DNA of 56,812 bases, filler included, from Sphacelaria rigidula (GCA_964200075.2; 6 parts of 6 records of this genome joined end to end with filler, not necessarily neighbours in it); one strand, 5' to 3'. Positions 37,401 through 49,086 are shown, counted from the whole stretch's first letter. The notes: generated by a model not told the origin, from the sequence alone. Numbers and translations are program-made.

Positions 37401-38179
37401 AGACCCCTCGTCTGATCAGGGCAAAAACGGTAAATTTTCACGTAGAAAATCTAGGGAAACAGAAGAACGCGAAATCGTCAACCCTCTGGCTCGTAAGATG
37501 GGAGAGTTTCATTTTTCTGACAGTACGGCAGACCAACCACGGAGAATGCGTAAGAGGTCTCGGGTAGAGGTCAACCATGTACGGGATGAGCACGAGCAGG
37601 AGCATAGCAGCAGAGAGCAGAGTACAAATAGCGAATGCGTAGAACAGATGCAACGTATATTTTTAGCTCCGCAGGCGGCTTTTGTGAGTAACTCATTGAA
37701 GAAAAATAAAAAATCGAAACACCAATCTTCGTTTTCAAACCCGGCCCTAAATGATCACTGTTATGGCTGTTACAACGCATCTTCGCTCGCAAGATATACA
37801 GTTGCACCTTTAGAGTCATCCTACGATAGGGGGGGGAGTATTNNNNNNNNNNNNNNNNNNNNNNNNNNNNNNNNNNNNNNNNNNNNTTAATTAATTAANN
37901 NNNNNNNNNNNNNNNNNNNNNNNNNNNNNNNNNNNNNNNNNNAGGGGTGCGAGGTCAATGGTCTGATGACTATGGCATGCATGATCATGAGTACACCCCA
38001 GCAGCACCTCCATACCCCCATCGTGAATATCCAAAACAAGTCACACACCGATGTCAACACCGTCAAAACTGTCGATAATATAAGCCCCTGACGACCTGCC
38101 GTGCAGCAACCAATGTCGCTGGTGAACTCGAAACAAATATACAGTGACAAACACACATATGCAGGGACTTGTATTTCAT

Positions 38180-38600
38180 CGATTACGCCGCAATTTGAGT
38201 AAAGCCTTCTCGCTCATCCCTGTGGCAAACAATTCGGTTCATTCCCCTTTGTGCAATGATATGGCATCACGGGAGCGAAATATGAAACCCAGAGGGGCTG
38301 GAGAGGATGAGGAGTATGCACTGTTGGACATTACTCTACCTCGTCTCTCGAGAAGAGTATATATAATAGGGAACGATACAGAACTCGATACTGCAATTTT
38401 GCACCGACCTCGACTCTCGACATCTCGGATACAGTGCCTGTCTCAAAATGGGAAGTAGTGGTCAGTTTCTCCCATACGCCCCCTTCGGCCTGAGCGTAGT
38501 GCCACGGACTCATTCATACTTGCAATACATTACCGGTGAACGACAGGAGGAATGGGGCACCCATTGCCCGCACATCGTCGTGACACCGTAGACGTACAGA
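38180..38600 (+). pseudogene. Highly decayed retrotransposon integrase core
   Basis: AFSLIPVANNS, IIGNDTELDTAIL (cf. SDNGTEF) and PYAP...LQYITGERQEEWGTHCPHIV (cf. integrase QxDWDxxLP region) appear in the expected order across frames. Confidence 0.4.
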
Positions 38601-39137
38601 CAGAGAAGCCCCCCTACCTGCATCATTACACGAAATGCAACTCAAGACGGCACGTAACCTATTACATTGTCATTACAACGACAAAAAATGCAAGAGGGAC
38701 ATTCTTGCCCCCGGGAAAAATCATACCCCGTACACAGGTCTCGTCACCCCCCGAATGTACGTATGGAGATCAACTCAAAACGTATGGGGAGTAATGACAC
38801 GTCAGCTTTCGAAGCTACAAGATATAATACAACCTGAATGATAAAGCGGTTTTGTATACGTATACGCCTCCAGCTTACAGGCAAATATTCGGAGTACTGA
38901 AGCATGAATCACAACATCATCTGACCGTCTCCACCACCCACACCCGTACCCACCACCCCCCCTCACTCCCCAGGAGTACTCACTAGCCATGAACTCCGAC
39001 GACGTAAGATCTCCAATGTGAGCTCAACCCCCTTCTCATGAAGGCTGCGTGTATAGCGCACCACCTCGATGTCTCCTTTCACACCATCAATATCTCCAAC
39101 AAACGTCATTTACATTTTTCGATCGGTCGCCCATCGC

Positions 39138-40961
39138 TCACCGCAAAAGTGCTGGCCTAACGCGCGGGTTGGCCGCTTCCCCAAATTCGGTGCTATCGAC
39201 GCGCAAACTCTGCGACACAGCGGCAAGCAGGGTCGCCCCGTCCGGTACAGGCTTCGGGAAAACGCCAGCTGCGCCAAGCTTCCGATACCGCAACTCGTCC
39301 GATTTCGAACAGTTTGCTGAGCACATAAAGACGGTTGCGTTGACCCCACGTGACCTCAGCGTGGAGATATAGCCAGACCCGGTGATTTCACTTCCGCGGA
39401 AGCACTCGTCCAAAAACAAGACATCGTACGGTAACCCTTGTGTTGTTTTCTCGAGGCACTCCGGTAGGGAGGATGCTGTATCTACTGTCCACCCCAACGC
39501 ACCGATGGGTTCTCGTGTGAGCTTGCGCACAAGAATTCGGACATTGATGCTCTCGTCGTCTACTATCAATACCCTTAGCGATTGAATGGCCGTCGCCGGT
39601 ATACCCTTCTTTTCATACCCGCGGCAGCGCCCCTCTGCCAACACACTCGGCGGCCAAGGTTTGAGCAGCGAAGCGGACAAAGGGCTGGTAAGGATCGCGC
39701 TGGATGGTCCACACGTGGAGACTTCTTTTAACGATACCGTGAACGAAAAGGCTGTCCCGTGTTCCATGTCCGGAGATACAGGAGGACTAGAAACACGTAT
39801 TTTGCTTCCCATCCGCCCGACGATTACGCTTGTCAAGTATAGCCCTAGTCCCGTGCCCGAGCTTTTGTGAAACGTTTGGAATTTCGTGAACATGGCAGCT
39901 TGCTCCGCCGCCGATACCCCGGGGCCGTTGTCCTCCACCGAGAAGACTATCTCGTGGCTGTGACCCGTACGCCTTACCACGTTCATGCATAGACGAACAA
40001 GGCCCCCGTCTCCAACGTACTTGACGGAGTTGCTCAGCAGGTTTATTAGCACCTGCGATAACCTCGTGCTGTCCGCCAAGTAGTACCCGCCCGTTCCCTC
40101 CCCGGGCACGAAGATGCAGCGCGTTCCACGCGACGTGGCACTCAGAGCGCTTATCCGCACAGCGTTAGAGCACAACTCCGTCAAGCACGTCCGTGCAAGG
40201 TTCAGCGGCACACCAGACTCGAGTTTTGCTATGTTGAGAACATCATCCAACAACCGCGTGATGAGCTCCCCGCCGCGCATGCAGCTTTTGAGGTGCTCCA
40301 CGGTGGCGTGATCCAGGCCAGGGGTTTCGAGTAGCATGCTCTCAATCCCGTTGACCACATGATTTAGCGGGTTGCGGATCTCATGAAACAAATACTGGAT
40401 CATCCGTTGCTCCGCCCGCAGTAGTTTCCCCTGCTCTCCTATAAACAACCACCCCAGTAATATCAACGCGCACACAACCACTGTAATGATGACCGTTACC
40501 CATTGCCTCACTGTCCTCAGACGGTTCACCTCTGTTCTGCTCTCTAGCTCCAACGAAAGGACATAAGACTCCATGGCGTACAAGAATGCAGTGCCTTCCT
40601 CAAGCACATCCGCAAATTGGTCTCCCGCCAACGCCTCCAAAAACTTCTCAAACTGATGTGCAGTCTCGGCAGACTGAAGATATTCTTGAGCTTCCTTGAA
40701 TTGAACCAAGACACGGTCGAACACGGCTCGCGCGTGGGCAGGTGCGCCGGGGTTGAGCGGACAATACAGCGATAGCCGCTGTGACAACATTCTTTGTCTC
40801 CCCGCCCTATTGATGCGAGTTGCAAGCGACGTTATTGCCGAGTACGTGAAGCCTTGCAGATGAAACCCCCAACAGATCACCCCAGCCACATTTGCTAAAG
40901 CTAACGCTGACGCGACACTTGTAGCCAAGCGTGGCCTGTTTTTATCGGAGGTAACACACAT
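39138..40961 (-). CDS. Intronless membrane hybrid histidine kinase: TM - NarX/PilJ-type sensor - TM - HisKA - HATPase - receiver (607 aa from first ATG)
   Basis: P-box-like INRAGRQRMLSQRL after TM1; TM2 WVTVIITVVVCALILLGWLFI; H-box YLFHEIRNPLN; N-box QVLINLLSNSVKY; G1 VEDNGPG; F-box MFTKF; G2 GTGLGL; receiver LIVDD...LFLD...SAN...FPKP. Single uninterrupted ORF. Confidence 0.95.
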   Translation of the reverse strand: MCVTSDKNRPRLATSVASALALANVAGVICWGFHLQGFTYSAITSLATRINRAGRQRMLSQRLSLYCPLNPGAPAHARAVFDRVLVQFKEAQEYLQSAETAHQFEKFLEALAGDQFADVLEEGTAFLYAMESYVLSLELESRTEVNRLRTVRQWVTVIITVVVCALILLGWLFIGEQGKLLRAEQRMIQYLFHEIRNPLNHVVNGIESMLLETPGLDHATVEHLKSCMRGGELITRLLDDVLNIAKLESGVPLNLARTCLTELCSNAVRISALSATSRGTRCIFVPGEGTGGYYLADSTRLSQVLINLLSNSVKYVGDGGLVRLCMNVVRRTGHSHEIVFSVEDNGPGVSAAEQAAMFTKFQTFHKSSGTGLGLYLTSVIVGRMGSKIRVSSPPVSPDMEHGTAFSFTVSLKEVSTCGPSSAILTSPLSASLLKPWPPSVLAEGRCRGYEKKGIPATAIQSLRVLIVDDESINVRILVRKLTREPIGALGWTVDTASSLPECLEKTTQGLPYDVLFLDECFRGSEITGSGYISTLRSRGVNATVFMCSANCSKSDELRYRKLGAAGVFPKPVPDGATLLAAVSQSLRVDSTEFGEAANPRVRPALLR

Positions 40962-41854
40962 CGTTTTGATTGCACAGGTCACACGCGAAGCAGTATATGG
41001 CTTGTATTGAGACAGCAACTGCGGAAAGACTACTAACGCACGCACTGAAGCAGATCAATAAAATTTGGAGAAATGAAACTCGGTTGGATGGTTCAATCAA
41101 GCGAAAATATGCGAAACAGCATGCAGGTCTGGGTGAGAAATCGGAGCTGCAAGATACTACTTGTCAGGAATCGAGAAGCAGAAACCCAATGGTAGCGTGG
41201 GTGCACCTTGCCCGGACGTTGACGTGAAACGAGTTCAAAATGTGGCGAAATCAGGGTCTAGACGGCCAAGATGTGGCGTAGATCATAGAGGGGTTGTTTG
41301 AGGTTGTCCTGGAGGCGGAACTTGTGCCAATCAGAACGGCAAACATGATACTGCGGCGAGACCAAACTATCCAAGGGAGAATTAATAGATCACAATATCT
41401 TCGCCAACACGCCTGGCTGAATCCAGATACAGCGGGGAAAATATTGTAACATTGGGCCCTACCAGTACCGTAAAGTTGTGCAGACTCCCTGCAGGGGGCC
41501 ACTTTAAGAGCTCTCGTCGCCAATCGGGGAGAGGCAACCGTGAGTGCTCGATAGTATTTTAAGAAATGCAAACTATTCCACAACCATCTCACGCTGACAC
41601 GCACACAAGACAACTCGTGAACAAGTCGATTTTCGAATAAATAAAAAACTCGCGAACTGCAACTTTACAACAACCCTCAAAGCGCTGAGACAAATTTCCG
41701 GCGATGCTCCCCCACGAGCGCACATCTTTACCCGAAAGCGTCAACAAACCGTGGCGCAACCGATGGCCACGGTCAGTCTGGACGAATCACATTGACTCTT
41801 CAGCGTTCGTATAGACGCGTTGCTTGGTAAATAATCACATGTCGGACAGGTCAG

Positions 41855-42248
41855 CTCCTTGTAGCTCGAGCTAGCTCTTTTTTAGTGTAGCTTCCTACTG
41901 AGCTATGAGAGCTACACAAGCTACGCATGTTTGTCCTGGGTGAGCTCTGAGAGCTATATGAACTACGCATGTGTACCCTAGGTGAGCTACCAACCCGTAG
42001 TTCATCAGCTCATATTCGCCCTGAGTGAGCTATAAGAGCTACATGAGCTACGCAAGTTTACCCTCGGTGAGCAACCACCCCGTAGCTCATCACTTCATGT
42101 TCGCCCGGGGTGAGCCATGACAGCTACATGAGCTACGCATGTTTGCCCTGGATGAGCTGTGAGAACTTCAGTAACTGCGCATGTTTGCTCTGGACGAGCT
42201 ATGAGAGCTACGTGAGCTACGAGTGTTTGTCCTGGATAAGCTATCGGA
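41855..42248. repeat. GAGCT-rich minisatellite element, copy 1 (~42-bp unit built from 9-bp subunits)
   Basis: gagctatga-gagctacRt-gagctRcgc-atgtttgccctgggt repeated about 8 times. Confidence 0.9.
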
Positions 42249-42740
42249 CGTGCAGTAGTCACCAGTCACAAAATAGCACCGTTCAACATCGCAGCAGGCA
42301 ACCGCCCTGCCACCGTCATGGTATCAGCATTCGCTTCGTTTTCTTAGGTGAAGTTGGAATGCTCGGTGCGCATAAGTTGTCGCCTTCGGTACAGCTTCGC
42401 ACTATTGCTAATCTCGCCTGTGCACGTGCAGCTAGAAGAAGACCGTGTAGACCGTGTGAACGATTCGTGATCTACTCGTACTGCACAGCAGCAACGCTGC
42501 ACTACCATTTCTGAAGAGTTCATCACGCCTTCCACCATCGTTGTGGATGATATGGCAACGCAAAACCGTTGCCATGCGGCTTGTCTCTTAGCTTGGAAGT
42601 ACCGCTGTGCTGTTTGTATTGCTGTACCGTACCGCAGTGTAGTGTACCATTGTGTTCTGCATTGCACGGTGGAGTAACGTAATGTACTGCACTGCACTAT
42701 AGTTTCAGAAACGGTACTTCAGGCATTATTTCAGGAAACT

Positions 42741-43214
42741 CTAAGGCCGCTCCTTATGAAAAACAAACAAAACGTTCTGCAAAAATGTAATTGTGATCCT
42801 CCTTTGACGTTTTACGCCCTAAAAGAGAGCTAGGCGGAGTTTGACACCTCGGAATGACTTGCTCTACTCGTTGAGACGGTTCCAGGACATCTTCGTGTTT
42901 TCCGGTGGACGCAGTTTTTTTTTCTACCAACTTGCATTTTTGTCCAAGAACAATCACGAACGGTCAAATCTAGAGAAACTCATCTTTTTATCATTTGTTT
43001 ATCTGGACTCGACCGTCTCTGGATGAACATGTTTGTTCGGTCAACATAAAAACTGCAGCTACCGGAAACGCGAAGATGTCCTGAAGCCGTCTCAACGAGT
43101 AGAGCAAGTTCAAACTCCGCCTAGCTCTCGTTTAGGGCGTAAAACGTCGAGGAAGGACGAGAGAAGCATCTTTGTAGGACTCTTCTTTTCGCTTGCCAAA
43201 AGGAGCGAACTTAG
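42741..43214. mobile_element. MITE/foldback element with ~180-bp imperfect TIRs
   Basis: gacgttttacgccctaaaagagagctaggcggagtttga...acttgctctactcgttgagacgg is inverted at ccgtctcaacgagtagagcaagttcaaactccgcctagctctcgtttagggcgtaaaacgtc; ends ctaaggccgctcctt / aaggagcgaacttag. Confidence 0.85.
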
Positions 43215-43395
43215 GGGCTATGGGCTAGGGTGTCTTACAAAAAATATTAACTGCAAAAGTGCGGCAGGAAAGAAAAATTCCGATCTTACAAGTCCACGTC
43301 ATTCACGTTATTATATGTCTTCAACTCCTGATCACAATTCTTCACGCGCGGCCGGAAGGCGAAAAACGGAAAAGCTCCACACGTGAGACAAATCA

Positions 43396-43817
43396 CCTCC
43401 CTGTAGCTCGAGATGAGTCTTTTTGAGCGTAGCTCCCCACTGAGCTGTGAGAGCTGCATGTGCTGCGCAGGCTGCCCCTACGTGAGCTATGAGAGCTACG
43501 TGAGCTGCGCATGTTTGCCCTGGGTGAGCTGTGAGGGTTACATGAGCTACGCATTTTTGCCCTGGATGAGCTATGAAAACTACGTGAGCTGCGCATGTCT
43601 GCCCTGGGTGAGCTACCAATCTGTAGCTCATCAGCGTATGTTCGCCCTGGGTGAGCTATGAGGGCTATATGAGCCACGCATGTTTGTCTTGAGTAAGCTA
43701 CCAATCTGTGGCTCATCAGCGCATGTTGACCCTCGGTGAGCTATCGGGCGTAGCTTACATGTACATATTTGACTACAAGTGAGCTACGGCCCGCACATGA
43801 GCTAGCTTACGAGCTGT
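43396..43817. repeat. GAGCT-rich minisatellite element, copy 2 (direct orientation)
   Basis: Same leader (ctccYtgtagctcgag...tttt..gtagct..actgagct) and same 42-bp unit as 41855-42248. Confidence 0.9.
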
Positions 43818-44304
43818 CCAATGTATGCAAAAAGGGATAGAAATGCTCAGTCCAATCCATACGCGACAATATATCTATACGGTGCGGGGGAGCGGTGCAC
43901 TGTCGAGATTGGCTTCAACAACGAAAAATCATCGGACGAGTCACTTCAAGGAGCAACACAAAGATAGTCTTCAACTGAGTGCAACAGGACTTGACTGAAA
44001 TTCTTGGCGGTCCGCAAGTTGAGCTCACCGCCTGGCCATCCATCTTTTGGTGCGCGGTATATACATTAGCAAGGGTCTTCTTGTGTGCAGCAATGAGCCG
44101 GTCAGGGACAGCTCATACGGTTCGAGCGAGCTACCTTCGCCTGCCAGAAGAAAGACGCGCGCGGATGAAGATTCGGCAAACAAGAGGAATGATGAAACGT
44201 CTCCACGCCCTATGCATCGCATGCGTCGGCTCTCTGGTATGATATTTCTCCTCGGAGGGTTAGGGTTAGGGTTACGGTGCCTCCCAAAGTTAACCTTGTT
44301 TACG

Positions 44305-44392
44305 CTGTGCTGTGCTGTGCTGTGTTGTGCTGTACTGTACTATGTGCTGTACTATGTGCTGTGCTATGTGCTGTGCTATGTGCTGTGCTGTG
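44305..44392. repeat. (TGTGC/TATGTGC)n microsatellite
   Basis: Direct inspection. Confidence 0.9.
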
Positions 44393-45814
44393 CCACGTTC
44401 ACTTGTTTGTTGGTGGGACGGCGTAGTTGTCGACACAGGAAGTTTTCGCTTGATTTGCTCTCGCTGGGCCATATCTATGAAATAAAGTCAATTCACGCAG
44501 CAGGCTACACATACTGCAGAACTGAAAACGTTTGATTTTCATCAAACACCGTAGCGTATTCATCTACGCGCCAAGCTTTCGCCTTGCTTTCCTCCCGCTG
44601 GCCCGCAGTCGAAAATAACTGCCTGTCGCAATGCCGACTAATCGCACTACCAATCTACCTGGTACGCTACCGCTGTTCTAACAGGTATCCATTTCTATCA
44701 AGAAAACACTCGAGTTCTAAATTGCCAATTAACCAGATCTAGCGACCTATAGCTCTGAGTACAACAGCAGAGGCAGTTCAAAATGGTTGTGTTTAATTTG
44801 AAGCCGATTGCATCATAAGTGATTATATACACGAACGTGCTGGGCATTCTGCTGCCAGACGAAACAAAGCTATCCATGTGAACTTGTTTTAGGAAGATAC
44901 ATTGCGTTGTTGTTTTTCATGTCGTTTCTCGCGGATTCACCACTCTCGGGAAAAAGAGGTCCGGCTTTGCCAAAACCCTCCGCGGTAGAAAGCAACAGCA
45001 CTCCTTATTATACAACACACCATCATGTCCCGGGCGGTCAAGCTGGTACACCGACGGTCGGTGTCGCTTGAACGGACCTAATGGGTTCTGCGGGCACCAT
45101 ATATGTATAGTACTTTCATGCCGAACCCGATCTTCATCGTCGAAAGCATGATGACACGCGTAGCAACATGAAATATCAATCCGAGTGAGCCGGCTCCGGG
45201 TTCGCTGATGATTATTGTCCAACCCTCGACAACAACTTGTTGGGATGCACGACAAACGTTACGGGCAGGGCGAAAAATGTTGCACTTCGAGTCTTTCCAA
45301 AAGTGCCGTTCGTAACGGTAAGGAAGTGGATAAAAGCCGATGAGGAGACCGCGTGCGCCCGAAACATGGATGTGCTTGGCCAATCTACGTTGGCCACCGG
45401 TATCCTGCTGCCGATGATTTGCATGCAGCGCCAAGAGAAACAGTCGACATCGTCAAGATTCGCAAGCTACAACTCAACGGCAGCTGGATGTGCGGATGCG
45501 CGCGCACATTACAGAAAGAACAAGGACGTTCCAGACTCAGGTGGCACGACATGAAACCTCCGCCTTGTGGCCATTAGATTGTGATGCATTACAGTGCATG
45601 ACGGTATCTACGAGAGTGTGGCACAGTAAAACTGGCCACTTGCATGAATGCAAGTGGACCCAGGCCGAAAATCAGCCACGACTACTATCTTAGTTATTGG
45701 ATGCATCTATCTCCTTCACGGTTGTGGGCTAAAATGGTGAACAGACGGAGTGGTCTTAGGTGTGGAAGTAGCTCTACATGAGGTTTAGTAGATTTAGAAC
45801 CCCCCTCCCCTGGA

Positions 45815-45900
45815 GCGCTCCGTCTCGAAAGAGATAAGGGGTCAATGGTAAAATGACTAAGGCGAGCAACAAATGAGTACCCCAGCCCTGCCCCTCCCCC
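45815..45900 (+). mobile_element. LINE 3'-end fragment
   Basis: gctccgtctcgaaagagat..ggtcaatggtaaaatgactaaggcgagcaacaaatgagtacccc. Confidence 0.8.
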
Positions 45901-46417
45901 CGCAGCGCCGAAAATAATTAAAAAAAAAGTGCTGAGGGTACAGGGCAAACTTGTTTACTGCGCTTGGCATGAATGATTTTCAACATTTTTTCGGGGAATG
46001 CGGAGCGGATGCCTAGTATCCCCCGTTCCCCAAACTTTGGAATCAAACGTCTACCGTGATGAGCGGTAGCACACGGAAATACTGTTTAGAATCACCAACT
46101 ACCAACAAATGACGAGATCCGCCCTGTTCAGCCGGTAACTACTATTATAAATAAATAATAGTAATATTCTAAAACGCAGTTTCGGCGCCCATGCGGCTGC
46201 CCTTCGACGGACTGCTCTGCTGGCAACCATCAATTATTCAATTTACATTGATCGCATCCTCAATAACCACTGTCGCCGAGAGACACACTGCCTTGGTTGG
46301 GATCGCTCTTCTTGAACGCTGCGGCGTCAGCAGCAAAAACTGTACATGTACAGTAGTTTACAGCTAAAATAGACAATTTTCTTACTCTCTTCGTAGTCGG
46401 CGATTGTAAGCCGGTTC

Positions 46418-47200
46418 TAAATTTTGGGGTCACCGTGTCTCGGCCGACGGCATTGCACCCGACTCAAAGAAAGTGGACGCGTTGCGATTAATGTCAATGC
46501 CTACCAACGTTGCTGAGCTGCGTTCGCTTTCGAGGGGGTGAAGCTATTATCGAAAATGTATCCCCAAGATGGCCGCCCGTACAAAAGCCACCAATGATTT
46601 GTTGAAAAAAGGGGTGGAGTTCACGTTCACGCCAGAAAACGCGGCTACCGTCTGTGACATTATGGAAGATTTGTCTAGCACTAATGTTCTGGCTTTTCCT
46701 GACTATGAGGGGTGCTGCGTCTGGTGGTCGTCCTTTTGTGTTGGTCACTGATGCCAGCAAGAAAGGACTGGGGGCTATGGTGGAACAGCGCCAGCTACGT
46801 GGATCCGTGCGGCCTTTATGTTTTTTTAGCCGGAACACGTTGCCGAATTAAAGGAATCGGACGGCCACTGAGTTGGGAGCTGGCGCTATAGTGTGGGCTG
46901 TGAAGAAAATTCGGCCTCTGTTTTTTGGGGTGCCTTTCTAGATTTACAACGATCACCAGCCTCTGCGCAGTCTGTTTAGCTTAACAGAGAAGGTGCCGCG
47001 GGTTCAGCGTTGGCAGGATTTTCTTAGGGCGTACACGTACGGAATTTTCCACAAGCCAGGTGCCTCTAACTCCAACGCCGACATGTTGTACCGACTGCCG
47101 CAACCTCATAGCCCGGAGGAAGTTGGCGAGCGGTTCCAAATCACCGACCCTGCCGATATCGATATTTACTTCATTGGGGCAAGTGGTATCGTGCCTCGTG
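46418..47200 (+). pseudogene. pol: Ty3/Gypsy pol fragment: RT C-terminus, connection and RNase H
   Basis: GHRVSADGIAPDSKKVDAL...YYRKCIP...LLKKGVEF...VLAFPDY; FVLVTDASKKGLGAMVEQ...PLCFFSR; IYNDHQPL; RVQRWQDFL...HKPGASNSNADMLYRLP; several stops and frameshifts. Confidence 0.95.
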
Positions 47201-47427
47201 GCTTTGAACGTCACGTTTGGGTGGGCTCCCCGGCGGGTCAGGCTTGCCCCAGGGTCTTTTTTTTTTTGACTTCCCCTCGCGGCGAGGTTCAAGGGGAGGG
47301 GGAAAGAACACTCGGAAAGTCGTTGACNNNNNNNNNNNNNNNNNNNNNNNNNNNNNNNNNNNNNNNNNNNNTTAATTAATTAANNNNNNNNNNNNNNNNN
47401 NNNNNNNNNNNNNNNNNNNNNNNNNNN

Positions 47428-48110
47428 ACTTCCACCACTACTTCGATGCATAGCTCCCCCCCCCCCGCCCCGGTGTCCAGTAACACCGTTACTGGTAAAC
47501 CGTGGCTACTTTTACTGTGGTGCCAAACTCTAGCTTGCACCCACAGTTGCTGTGCATCGCTACCATTTACCGCTGACAAAATATCCACGCACACGCTGTC
47601 CCCCGTGGACTGCGGCCCCAGGGCGCACCCTCACTCCTCGCTTGTGGTGTCGCAACGGTTGCTCAGTGCATCAACCGTCTCGACTCCCTCCTCCTCGTCG
47701 CCGCTTTCTGGTTTGTCCAGCCCGGGGTCGAACCCCCGATCTTCGTGCTGGCTGTCAATCAACCCGAACAACTTCCCCAGTTGTAGGCTCATCAGCCTGT
47801 CCCTCTTCGTCTTGGGCTTTGCTTGTCTCCGCTCCGGTTGCTTGTAATATCCGAAGGGAATTCGATCTTAATCATGGGAGTAATTGCAGGCGCCCTCTGA
47901 GTCCTTGCTTCTGCAGTCTCGTCCATATGCGTGGTTAAAACACACCCCCAGAAAACGTATGGCGACGTCGCGCTCCCCCTTGGGCGCATTGCGGGCAGGG
48001 AGGAACCCGGTCGCCGGTGCTTCTCCTCGCGTGTCAAACTTGACACGCTTGATGGGCTTAGCTGATTCTTGCCTCGGGCGCTCCTGTGCTCCACGAGTAG
48101 ATGAGGATGT
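47428..48110 (-). pseudogene. Gag C-terminus (CCCH finger) followed in frame by aspartic protease start; part of the inverted segment
   Basis: VCFNHAYGRDCRSKDSEGACNYSHD*DRIPFGYY (cf. ICFRHAFGVEC...HEVNILPRGFY in contig 2); TGA at 47631-47633, then in-frame ...LPVTVLLDTGAGG (retropepsin active site). Confidence 0.88.
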
Positions 48111-48111
48111 C

Positions 48112-48818
48112 CCGACTAAACTAGTGCACGACTTGTGGACGGGATCATGGACGGTGCAGTAAGTGGTGATACCAGGCCTCAGCCTTGAGGTGAGTATGCA
48201 GGGACGCAAAGTACGAGAACGGACGGTGTCGGCAGCCAATGTGAACAAATTTCATGTGCGCCCTGAACAGCTGCGACACCCGTTTCCGGACGGGTACTCT
48301 CAGTTAGCATGGGGGGCTGATCTGGGTTTGGCTGAGGGGATCGAGGTCGTCCCACAACTGTACACATTGACAGATAGGAAAGTGGTGCTAGGAGCAGGAT
48401 CGTCATGGGAGTGGGCCTATCGAGGGTTATTTCATGACCGAGCTGAATCTCATTGGCTTTCTGAGGAGGAAGTGTTGGACAGTTTCACTGGGTTGCAGCT
48501 GGACGTGTTTCATGCTTTGTGGGAACTATATCACCCGCAAGCCAAACCACGCCCATCTGTTACGCCATCTCGAGCCGAAGGAGGCTCTATTGCTCGGGAT
48601 GAAGCTTTACGACAGATTCCTCGAGGGACAAAGTCCGTAAACGGTTTGTAGACAACCAAGGTGAGCAGCAGGAGTTCGACGGAGAGGTGTTCGATTTCCG
48701 TCAGCCGTATTACCGTATCAAGTATGAGGATGGAGATTGGGAAGAGATGACGTCGTTGGAGGTGCGAAAATTTACGGTGAATGGGCAAAATACCGGAACA
48801 GTTTCAGGGTCTAACTGA
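48112..48818 (+). pseudogene. Integrase C-terminal region: GPY/F-like motif, chromo-like domain and Tudor-like domain (frameshift ~48633)
   Basis: KLVHDLWTGSWTV; YTLTDRKVV...WAYRGLFHDRAESHWLSEEEV...FHALWE; GT(K)VRKRF...EFDGEVFDFRQPYYRIKYEDGDWEEM; followed by PPT and LTR. Confidence 0.7.
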
Positions 48819-49086
48819 TGGAGAGAAGAGACCGTTTCTGCACGGTGTTTAAATTCCCTACGTGGTCTAACCCGGCAGAGCAGTCAACAATACAGCGGAC
48901 CCCCCCCGGGTGGGATAGACTCGTTTCTGCAGGGTCTGGAAGTGCCCTACGCGGTCTAATCAGCAGAACGGTTATCAAGATCGACGGCTACACCAAGACG
49001 CCGAGTAGTCGGGAAGAGGGACATGGTATCGCGGCGATCCATCGTGTAAACCACGTTCAGTCCCAGGATTTTTCAATCCTAGGACT

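Noticed and set aside
41855-43817. Regular ~42-bp repeats resembling a CRISPR array
   Set aside because: Units are contiguous and degenerate, with no unique spacers and no cas genes; eukaryotic minisatellite.
44257-44274. (GGGTTA)3 telomere-like repeat
   Set aside because: Only three units and internal to the contig; insufficient to call a telomere.
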